Positions 9,291-16,229 of a stretch of 32,000 nucleotides of DNA are shown one piece after another. Source of the stretch: Caedibacter taeniospiralis (lineage in GTDB: Bacteria; Pseudomonadota; Gammaproteobacteria; Francisellales; Francisellaceae). How positions within the stretch are numbered: the stretch's first letter is position 1; every line of letters starts with the position of its first letter. A model generated the notes under the pieces. That model was not told the origin of the DNA. It searched no databases and worked only from the letters and a program-made list of their open reading frames with translations. Where the stretch lies: the NCBI RefSeq assembly GCF_002803295.2, contig NZ_PGGB02000013.1:5826-37825 (forward strand), given 5' to 3'. The position numbers were made by a program, and so were the translations under genes.

Positions 9291-10028
9291 ATGTTACATT
9301 GTGCTTTTTCTGGGGAATTATTGGGATGCCTTGTTCTGATATTATTGGGTGGCGGGGTGGTTGCTGGTGTTTTACTCAAACAGTCAAAAGCAGAAAATAG
9401 CGGCTGGATGGTTATTACCGCGGGTTGGGGATTTGCAGTGATGATGGCAGTGTTTGTGGCGCAAGCGGCAGGATCGCCACAAGCGGATATTAATCCTGCG
9501 GTAACCCTTGAGAAATACCTGCTAGGTGATATTTATTCATCTTTTCTGCAAGTGATTTGGTTATGGCTGGCTCAGGTTATTGGCTGCTTTTTAGGGGCTG
9601 TGCTGGTCTGGCTTGCCTACTATACTCATTGGCAATATACCGAAAACGCCCATTTTAAATTAATGATTTTTTCCACTTATCCAGCTATGCGCCATAAGGG
9701 CAGCAATTTTGTCACTGAACTTATTGCCACGACTTTGCTTATTGTGTTTGTTGGAGCATTGATCAGTTATGGCAACCAATTACCATTTGCTAATGGTTCA
9801 TTACCTTATGTCTTTGGTTTTGCCGTTTGGGGAATTGGTTTATCTTTAGGTGGTCCCACGGGTTACGCGATTAATCCCGCGCGTGATTTAGGACCCCGAA
9901 TTGCCCATGCCCTATTGCCAATTAAAGGCAAAGGTTCAAGTGACTGAAGTTACGCATGGGTCCCGATATTGGCACCCTTAGCAGGAGCAGTGATTGGGTT
10001 TGTATTAATTCGGCTTTTTATGTTTTAA
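9291..10028 (+). pseudogene. glpF: MIP-family aquaglyceroporin (GlpF-like) interrupted by an in-frame TGA at 9945-9947
   Basis: Both NPA boxes are present (INPAVTL and INPARDLGPRIAH). The ORF track stops at ...KGKGSSD*, but the same frame continues as SYAWVPILAPLAGAVIGFVLIRLFMF* to 10028, which is the conserved last TM helix. The TGA sits where the family has Trp (SDWSYAWVP). Confidence 0.75.
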
Positions 10029-10210
10029 AGCAAAGTAGGGGCGAAAAATGTTTCGCTTTTTATTAAATCTTCTTCCAGTGCGAGCAATGCCTTCTCAAAA
10101 TTAATGACAAGAATTCCATCACTAAGATATCGATCTTCCTTGCCCATATAGAGAATCGTGCACTTAGCCATAGGGTAATCCTGTTTAAAATGCTTAAGAC
10201 CTGTTGGCAT
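10025..10210 (-). pseudogene. C-terminal remnant resembling DUF4143-type AAA+ ATPases
   Basis: GLKHFKQDYPMAKCTILYMGKEDRYLSDGILVINFEKALLAL resembles the conserved C-terminal tail of DUF4143 ATP-binding proteins. No upstream ATPase domain is present. Confidence 0.35.
10036..10061. repeat. Truncated copy of the GGGGCGAAA...TTTCGCCCC palindromic element; on the plus strand it also forms a weak hairpin plus T-run downstream of the full-length glpF frame
   Basis: AGGGGCGAAAAATGTTTCGC matches the reverse complement of the hairpin at 23810-23837 in 20 of 21 positions. The GCGAAA/TTTCGC stem is followed by TTTTT. Confidence 0.45.
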
Positions 10211-10575
10211 TCTGCAGAAATGACGGGGTCAGGGCTGATTTTCGCACACTACCCCCAACAATATAATAATTGGAAAGTTTAAGTCGATCGATGAATTCAA
10301 TCAAAACATCAGTAAAACCCTTTATGCTGTAGTACCAAGCATATTGATGGCAATCAACGTAGTTTGATAAACCATGTCCAGGAAAATCGAGGCAAACCAA
10401 GTTGTACTGCTTTTAATAAATCGCAAAGTGGTTCATATGATGTTGTCGATGAATGAAAAGCATGTAATAACAGCAAAGTTGTATTTTTCCCAGATATGGC
10501 ATTTGAGTAGTGTAGATTTCCAAATTTAAAATTCATAATATCTGACTGCATACTGATTAATTTTTTTACTGTCAT
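10194..10575 (-). pseudogene. Alpha/beta-hydrolase pseudogene, frameshifted and 3'-truncated
   Basis: Two overlapping ORF fragments together give an alpha/beta-hydrolase N-terminal half: ...TTLLLLHAFHSSTTSYEPLCDLLK / (frameshift) / VCLDFPGHGLS...YYIVGGSV (nucleophile elbow). The sequence breaks off there. The start ATG overlaps the nupC stop (ATGA at 10572-10575). Confidence 0.6.
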
Positions 10576-11759
10576 ATGACCGCTCCCGCGATTAATGCCG
10601 ATAAAAAGCTGACCATAGTGGCACCATATACTAAGCGCCAGCCATGGCGCGATACAAATTTAGCGCGTTCGCTATTTAGTGCAGCTACTGCGCCAACGAC
10701 GATACCAATTGAGCTAAAGTTGGCAAAAGAAACCAGAAAGATCGAGATAATCGCAACGCTATGTGAAGAGAATTGCGTTAAGTGTTCTTTTAAGTAAAGC
10801 ATTGCCACAAACTCATTTGAGACGAGCTTAGTTGCTATAATCCCACCTGCTTGTACCATTTCATTAGCGGAGATTCCAAGTAGCCAGGCTAAGGGTGAGA
10901 AGATCAATCCTAAAAGTGACTGAAAGGTGAGACCAAAAATTCCGTTAAAAATCCCATTTAGCATGCTGATTAAGGCAATGAAGCCGATAAGCATGGCGCC
11001 AACAATAATCGCTACTTTAAAGCCGTCTAACGTATATTCACTTAGCACTTCAAAAAACGTTTGCTTCTTACCAGAATGCAAACTCATATCTTCAAAACTT
11101 TGTTCTTGGCTTTGCTCATAGGGATTTAAAATATGCAATACAATAAACGTGCTGAGCATATTAAGGATGAGTGCGGCGATGATATATTTTGAGTCCAATA
11201 TTTGCATATAAGAACCAACAATTCCCAGTGAAACGGTTGACATGGCAGTTGCCGCCATCGTGTACATTCGGCGTTCCGAGATTTGCGAGAGAATGTTTTT
11301 ATAGGCAATAAAGTTCTCAGATTGCCCTAGAATCAAGGAGCTTAACGCATTAAAAGACTCAAGCTTACCCATACCGTTAATTTTTGATAAAATCCAGCCT
11401 CCACCGCGAATAATAAGTGGCAGAATTTTAAGATATTGCAAAATCCCGATTAATGCCGAAACCAGAACGATTGGCATAAGCACATTGAAGAAAAAGACAA
11501 AATTATCAGGCACGACTGAGCCAAAGACAAATTTAGTTCCTTCCATGGCGTATTGCATGATATATTCAAAGCCCAGAGAGATAACATGAATACTGTTGGC
11601 GCCTGCTTCTGACTTTAAGAGAAAATAAGCAACAACAATTTCAATAATAATCAGTTGGATAACAAACCTGAATTTGATCTCTTTACGACTCATGCTGGTA
11701 AAATACAGCGCGGTGACCAGAATAATAAACGCAAGCAAAAAGTGTAGCAGTTTGGACAT
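10572..11759 (-). CDS. nupC: Concentrative nucleoside transporter, NupC family
   Basis: 395-aa polytopic membrane protein. The N-terminus MSKLLHFLLAFIILVTALYFTSMSRKEIKFRFVIQLIIIEIVVAYFLLKS...EGTKFVFG is colinear with E. coli NupC. Confidence 0.85.
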   Translation of the reverse strand: MSKLLHFLLAFIILVTALYFTSMSRKEIKFRFVIQLIIIEIVVAYFLLKSEAGANSIHVISLGFEYIMQYAMEGTKFVFGSVVPDNFVFFFNVLMPIVLVSALIGILQYLKILPLIIRGGGWILSKINGMGKLESFNALSSLILGQSENFIAYKNILSQISERRMYTMAATAMSTVSLGIVGSYMQILDSKYIIAALILNMLSTFIVLHILNPYEQSQEQSFEDMSLHSGKKQTFFEVLSEYTLDGFKVAIIVGAMLIGFIALISMLNGIFNGIFGLTFQSLLGLIFSPLAWLLGISANEMVQAGGIIATKLVSNEFVAMLYLKEHLTQFSSHSVAIISIFLVSFANFSSIGIVVGAVAALNSERAKFVSRHGWRLVYGATMVSFLSALIAGAVI

Positions 11760-11925
11760 TCCTTATTTTTCCTTCAGGTTGATTTGGTGTGATAAATAAA
11801 TTTAACCGCGCGCATGTTAATACTTTTGGATCAAATTGTCATGTAATTTAGGATGCAAGAGCACGATTAAAAGTGTTAGTTTTTTGAGTGCTCGGCGACA
11901 TTGCCTTTCCCCTTGCCTTACCTTA

Positions 11926-11987
11926 CCTTACCACTCTAGAGAGGAGTGGTAAGGCTTGTGGGAGAGGTCGCCTTGCCAAGCAAGGCG
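11926..11987. repeat. Two perfect hairpins plus a (CCTTAC)x3 microrepeat spanning the stop codon of the DUF2063 gene
   Basis: CCTTACCACTC-tagagag-GAGTGGTAAGG at 11926-11954 (11-bp stem; the stop codon lies at the loop edge). CGCCTTGC-caa-GCAAGGCG at 11969-11987. Direct repeat CCTTGCCTTACCTTACCTTACC at 11911-11932. Confidence 0.55.
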
Positions 11988-12736
11988 GGTGGGGGGTAGA
12001 TTACCCCTTCATTTAATAAATTCCACATTAAAGTCCGATTGCTTGCCATTACTTTTGCTACTTCCTTCTTATCCTTGATAAGCATTACTTGTCCAAGCGC
12101 CTGCTTGAGCGTTTGAGGTGTCTGTTTTAAATGCTGTAAAAATCTTGCGGTTAGCGCATTTAATTCAAGGGATTGAACTGCGTCTTTGCTATTGCGATAA
12201 ATGCAAAAAAAAGTGGGCTTTTGATCCCCTATCTCAGGCAAAAATGTCGCGCTAATTTGATGCACAGGATAATGATAAGCGACAATTTCAGCGACATCAG
12301 ACACAGAATATATCGTGTGATTATCATCAATTTCTCGAGTCATTAAAGTCGATGGCGCCTCGCCTTCAGCCATTTCAATGACCATTTCCATCCACTCATA
12401 ATGCGCAAGCTCCATTAAGAAAGGGTAATCTGTTTGCCACAGCATTTTATGGTGCAGTAAGAATTCAACAAAGCTTTGAGGAATTTCATAGAAGAAGGGG
12501 GATTGGCATGGATGCTCAGCATAGAATTGTGTGACTATTTCGTGCCACTTTTTTGAGGGTAGTGCATTTATACAGATTGGAAAACAATTACTCAGCAATT
12601 CATTTATTCCGTTAAAAAAAGATTGCTCATACACTTGCATCCTTTGAAGCGGAATACCTTCAGGCAGAGGCACTCTATCTTTGTGACGTATGCGTCTGGC
12701 AAAGCTTTTTTGGGTGGCTTGAAATTCAAATGGCAT
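11936..12736 (-). CDS. DUF2063-family RiPP maturation partner (HvfC/BufC-like)
   Basis: 266 aa starting MPFEFQATQKSFARRIR. The start overlaps the stop of the upstream DUF692 gene by 11 nt. Size, position and general N-terminal character fit the DUF2063 proteins that accompany DUF692 enzymes. Confidence 0.7.
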   Translation of the reverse strand: MPFEFQATQKSFARRIRHKDRVPLPEGIPLQRMQVYEQSFFNGINELLSNCFPICINALPSKKWHEIVTQFYAEHPCQSPFFYEIPQSFVEFLLHHKMLWQTDYPFLMELAHYEWMEMVIEMAEGEAPSTLMTREIDDNHTIYSVSDVAEIVAYHYPVHQISATFLPEIGDQKPTFFCIYRNSKDAVQSLELNALTARFLQHLKQTPQTLKQALGQVMLIKDKKEVAKVMASNRTLMWNLLNEGVIYPPPALLGKATSPTSLTTPL

Positions 12737-13571
12737 AAGCTTTCCCCTCTATAAAACGCTGTTGTAATTGCTGAAGTTGCTTTGTCTCTTGTAGCAAAAC
12801 CTCTAATTGAGGGACTTCATTATCGCGCTCAAGCAAAGTAGGCAAGAGCCCATGCTTTTGATAGGTGTAATTGAGCAGTTGCCAAACAGGCTCGATTACC
12901 TCATCACCATGGGTATCAATAATCAAATCGGGAGCCTTTTGCCAATGCCCTGCGATGTGGATATAGGCTATTTTATTCGTTGGCATTTGATCGATAAATC
13001 GGTAAGCGTCATAGCCATGATTAACGCTATTGACGTACACATTATTCACATCGAGTAACAACAAACAATCCCCTTCACGAAGAATTGCGTTGATAAAGTC
13101 CGCCTCTGACATATCTCCCTTGGGTAAGGCGTAATAAGAGATGTTTTCCAAAGCAATGCGCTGCTGTAACGCTTCTTGGACCTGTTTAATCCGCTTGACC
13201 ACATAACTCACCGCTTCTTCTGTGAAAGGAATAGGCATCAAATCATATAGCTGCCCCTGGCTGTCACTGCAAAAACTCAAGTGTTCACTGTAAAGTTGAA
13301 TCTTGTGGTTGTGGAAAAATCTTTTTAAAGATTCAATGAAACTTATGTCCAGTGGAACCAATCCACCAATAGACAACGACAAACCATGGCAGATCATGGG
13401 ATATTGCTCGCTATAGGCACGGAGTATTTTTTGGCGCTTGCCACCAATTCCCAGCCAGTTTTCAGGAACAATCTCAAGAAAATCAACAGGATGTGGCTTC
13501 ATTGCTAATAATGGACCCATAAACTGGCGTCTTAAACCAAGACCGCATGTGCCAATATTGTCTAGTGACAT
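12726..13571 (-). CDS. DUF692 / MNIO-family (MbnB-like) RiPP maturase (HvfB-like)
   Basis: GLGLRRQF...DFLEIVPENW...HGLSLSIGG...SEHLSF...LYDLMPIPFTEE...LENISYY...LLLLDVNNVYVNSVNHG...YIHIAGH...IDTHG...PTLLERDNEVP follows the UPF0276/DUF692 TIM-barrel motif series. I prefer the start at MSLDNIG (13571, preceded by a GGGAAG Shine-Dalgarno-like sequence) over the track start at 13592. Confidence 0.85.
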   Translation of the reverse strand: MSLDNIGTCGLGLRRQFMGPLLAMKPHPVDFLEIVPENWLGIGGKRQKILRAYSEQYPMICHGLSLSIGGLVPLDISFIESLKRFFHNHKIQLYSEHLSFCSDSQGQLYDLMPIPFTEEAVSYVVKRIKQVQEALQQRIALENISYYALPKGDMSEADFINAILREGDCLLLLDVNNVYVNSVNHGYDAYRFIDQMPTNKIAYIHIAGHWQKAPDLIIDTHGDEVIEPVWQLLNYTYQKHGLLPTLLERDNEVPQLEVLLQETKQLQQLQQRFIEGKAYAI

Positions 13572-13591
13572 AGTAACTTCCCTGCAACACA

Positions 13592-13921
13592 CTATTGGTC
13601 AGTATTGCTCGCACCGCAAGAACCGTCACTATCTTTCATGTTTGAGCCGCAAGCACCATCACTGTCTTTCATGTTGGCGCCACAAGATCTGTCTGCTTTA
13701 TTACCCATTGAATCAGCACTTGCCCCATCCATGTTTTTCTGTTGCGTGCCCATTTTGTTTGCGCCGCATTTTCCAGCACCACATTGACCATCTGCTTTTT
13801 GCATGAATTGTCCTGAGCCCATTTGCGTAGCCTGCATAGTATTGGAGTCAGCATAACTTGCGCTCATTGCAAGACTCAAAGCTAACCCTGTTCCCATAGC
13901 GATTAATGATTTTTTATCCAT
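13592..13921 (-). CDS. Secreted Cys-Gly-repeat RiPP precursor (HvfA-like metallophore precursor)
   Basis: I prefer the start MDKKSLIAMG at 13921, which is preceded by AAAGGAGAAAATAAA. There is a Sec signal ending SYA/D. The 85-aa mature region has exactly five Cys, all in C-G-[AS] context, plus eight Met, many Asp and no aromatic core. It lies immediately upstream of the DUF692 and DUF2063 genes. Confidence 0.7.
   Translation of the reverse strand: MDKKSLIAMGTGLALSLAMSASYADSNTMQATQMGSGQFMQKADGQCGAGKCGANKMGTQQKNMDGASADSMGNKADRSCGANMKDSDGACGSNMKDSDGSCGASNTDQ
13611..13690. repeat. 33-bp (11-codon) tandem repeat, about 2.4 copies, inside the precursor gene
   Basis: CCGCAAG/CCGCAAG/CCACAAG recur at 13614, 13647 and 13680, exactly 33 nt apart. 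They encode CGANMKDSDGA / CGSNMKDSDGS / CGAS. Confidence 0.8.
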
Positions 13922-14102
13922 TTTATTTTCTCCTTTAATTACAGTTATGTAAAGAATCACACCAATGATGCAAGTGAAGGCGCACGCTTAGAGTGATCAT
14001 TCCGAGCATTAGGCTATTATGATATTTTTTGATTTGCAATGGAAATACAAATTTATTTCAAGGTGATTGGTGAACTATGGGATAAAGATGAAAGGACGAG
14101 GC

Positions 14103-14302
14103 GAAACTTTATAGTGCCACCCATAACTGCCGCTGCTTACATGGCTCTTGAACCCTCAAGAACCAAGTGGGTGCGCTCGCTGTTTCTTGGGCTTCTCAGT
14201 CATGCTGAGCATGCACGCCAAAACAAGTACTACGCTCCCGATATTTATACATCGGCTCAAGAATGTAAAGACTGGCTAACAGCACAGGCGACACTAAACT
14301 TC
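14103..14302 (-). ncRNA. ssrS: 6S RNA (ends approximate, +/- 15 nt)
   Basis: The minus-strand sequence shares blocks, in the same order, with the remembered E. coli 6S RNA: CCAGUC, UGAGCCGAU, GCAUGCUC(A)G...CUGAGAAGCC (CUCAG/CUGAG hairpin), UCUUGA-GGGU-UCAAGA hairpin (GGGUUCAAG), and GCAGCGGCA. The 5' and 3' ends can form a long imperfect closing helix. The locus is adjacent to ygfB, as in E. coli. Confidence 0.78.
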
Positions 14303-14422
14303 GACTTAGATCATAGAAGTATCCGTGCTTGAGTGCAAGCGATTTGTCGTAAAAAAAATTTAGATAAAAATAAACGACAATGATACGATGGGCGCATGCT
14401 GATTTTAATGACTTAAATAATA

Positions 14423-14998
14423 ATGGAAACAATACAAAAATATAGCTTATCTGATTATCAGGAAATTACGTATGCCTTAAGAAAAATAAACGCGCTGTCA
14501 GAGGCTTCGGAAGCACATGCTTTACTTTGTGCCTTGTTCACAGGTGGAGCTGAGGTTCGCATTCAAGCATGGATGGACTCTCTCATGGCTGAGCCCATTG
14601 AAGAGGGTGATGTTGTTGCAGAAGCTGCATTAAAAGTACTAAGCAATATGTATCAAGCAACCAAGGCGCAGTTTTTAGCGCATGATATGCAGTTTGATTT
14701 GTTATTGCCAAGTGATGAAGAAAAGTTTTATGTGCGCATAGATGCGCTTGCAATGTGGTGCCAGGGCTTTTTGTCTGGACTTGGGTTAATGGAAATCAAC
14801 TACACCAAAGGATCTGCTGAAGTCCAAGAGGCGATTACAGATTTAATTGATATGTCGCGCTTGCAGTATGATGGTGAGATTACAGGGCAGGAAGAGGAAG
14901 AAAAAGCCTATACCGAACTTGTCGAATACACTAAAGTTGCGGTACTTCTTATCCACAGTGAGTTTGGGTTAAAGCGCTCATATGCAGAAAGCCAATGA
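14423..14998 (+). CDS. ygfB: YgfB/UPF0149 family protein
   Basis: 191 aa. LSEASEAHALLCALFTGG... and WCQGFLSGLGL plus an acidic C-terminus are typical of YgfB. It lies immediately upstream of ubiH, as in E. coli. Confidence 0.8.
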   Translation: METIQKYSLSDYQEITYALRKINALSEASEAHALLCALFTGGAEVRIQAWMDSLMAEPIEEGDVVAEAALKVLSNMYQATKAQFLAHDMQFDLLLPSDEEKFYVRIDALAMWCQGFLSGLGLMEINYTKGSAEVQEAITDLIDMSRLQYDGEITGQEEEEKAYTELVEYTKVAVLLIHSEFGLKRSYAESQ

Positions 14999-16229
14999 AA
15001 TGAGTACGGATCATAAAGAGATTGTCATTATTGGTGGTGGCGCCGTTGGAATGCTTATGGCATTGGCGTTATCAAGCTTAGATAAAAAAATTACTTTAAT
15101 TGAAAAACAATCAGTGTTGCAATCAGATAAAGTTGATAATCGTTCAATTGCACTTTCGTATACCTCAGTATGTGTGCTTAATGCCTTAGGTGTCTGGCAG
15201 AAAATTGAGCAGGATGTTGAACTAATCAAACAGGTACACGTATCGGATAAAAGGGGTTTCAGCCAAACTAATTTATTCGCTAAGGACGAAGGTTTACCTT
15301 TTCTGGGTTGCGTTGTTAAACTAAGGCATTTAGTGCCAGTGCTTTTTGAATTACTGCAAAATCAGATGCAACTAGAGATATGGCAAGACACTGAGGTGGT
15401 TGATCTATGTGAACAAGGAGATGGTGAGTTTCAGTTATTGATAGCGAAAACGGGGCAAGAAACCAAAGTAAATGCCAGACTGATTGTTGCTGCGGATGGA
15501 GCTTGGTCGAAGCTTCGGACTAAAGCGGGCATTGCATCGACTGAATATGATTATCAGCAAAGCGCGTTGGTATTTGATATTCAGCTGCAAAAGTCACATC
15601 AGAATATCGCGTATGAGCGTTTTATTCATGACGGAGTTATGGCGATGTTGCCTGTGACCAAAAAGCAGATGGCGTGCGTTTGGAGTGTGGATCGTGAAAA
15701 AGTAGCGTACTGGCATCAGCAGAGTAAAAGCACTATTTTAAAGGAAGTTCAGCGCATTTTCTCCTATCGCTTGGGGCGTTTTGTAGATATCGGTGAGATC
15801 AGCAGTTTCCCACTATCCTTGATTCAAGCACAATCGCTTTTTTGTAAAAATTTACTGGTATTTGGTAATGCCTCTCATTTTTTGCATCCTATTTCTGGGC
15901 AAGGATTGAATTTGAGTATTCGTGATATTGGCATTTTGTATGATTTACTAAAGCAAGAGCACCATTTCTCGCATGAGAGCATTGAAAATATGCTGGCAGC
16001 ATATCAGCGGCTAAGGCAATTTGATCACAAACGCACGGCGATGCTAACACACACTATGCTTCAGGTTTTTAATCAATCCTCAATGCCGATAAAATTGTTC
16101 CGTGGTGTTCTGCTTCACTGTTTAGAACGTGATCAAATTTTTAAAAAGACATTTAGTAGACTGATGATGGGCAAATATAATTATGGATCAACCTTGGCTC
16201 AGCAGGTGAATTTATGCAATATGAGGTGA
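14982..16229 (+). CDS. ubiH: FAD-dependent ubiquinone-biosynthesis hydroxylase (2-octaprenyl-6-methoxyphenol hydroxylase)
   Basis: The Rossmann motif VIIGGGAVGM, the ADGAWS motif and the GNASHFLHPISGQGLNLSIRD motif are present. An alternative start lies at 15000 (MSTDHKE). The gene overlaps its neighbours, so an operon is likely. Confidence 0.8.
   Translation: MQKANEMSTDHKEIVIIGGGAVGMLMALALSSLDKKITLIEKQSVLQSDKVDNRSIALSYTSVCVLNALGVWQKIEQDVELIKQVHVSDKRGFSQTNLFAKDEGLPFLGCVVKLRHLVPVLFELLQNQMQLEIWQDTEVVDLCEQGDGEFQLLIAKTGQETKVNARLIVAADGAWSKLRTKAGIASTEYDYQQSALVFDIQLQKSHQNIAYERFIHDGVMAMLPVTKKQMACVWSVDREKVAYWHQQSKSTILKEVQRIFSYRLGRFVDIGEISSFPLSLIQAQSLFCKNLLVFGNASHFLHPISGQGLNLSIRDIGILYDLLKQEHHFSHESIENMLAAYQRLRQFDHKRTAMLTHTMLQVFNQSSMPIKLFRGVLLHCLERDQIFKKTFSRLMMGKYNYGSTLAQQVNLCNMR

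Noticed and set aside
9945-9947. TGA in glpF as evidence for a UGA=Trp genetic code or for selenocysteine
   Set aside because: TGA terminates fumC, the BtuF-like gene, ygfB and ubiH at positions consistent with their homologues' C-termini. No SECIS-like hairpin follows 9947, and the family has Trp at this position, not Cys or Sec. A simple nonsense mutation or a sequencing error is more parsimonious.
13438-13854. Alternative-frame ORFs over the precursor and DUF692 junction: 13438..13806 (+), 13605..13787 (+) and 13669..13854 (-)
   Set aside because: The minus-strand frame that encodes the signal peptide plus the CG repeats has a strong Shine-Dalgarno sequence and the expected operon context. 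The others are frame artefacts of the 33-bp repeat.
14039-14432. ORFs 14039..14332 (+, 97 aa) and 14196..14432 (-, 78 aa), considered as protein-coding genes, for example a ZapA-like gene next to ygfB
   Set aside because: Neither translation resembles any family I know, including ZapA. The region matches 6S RNA sequence blocks on the minus strand, so the ORFs are best explained as chance open frames over a structured RNA gene.
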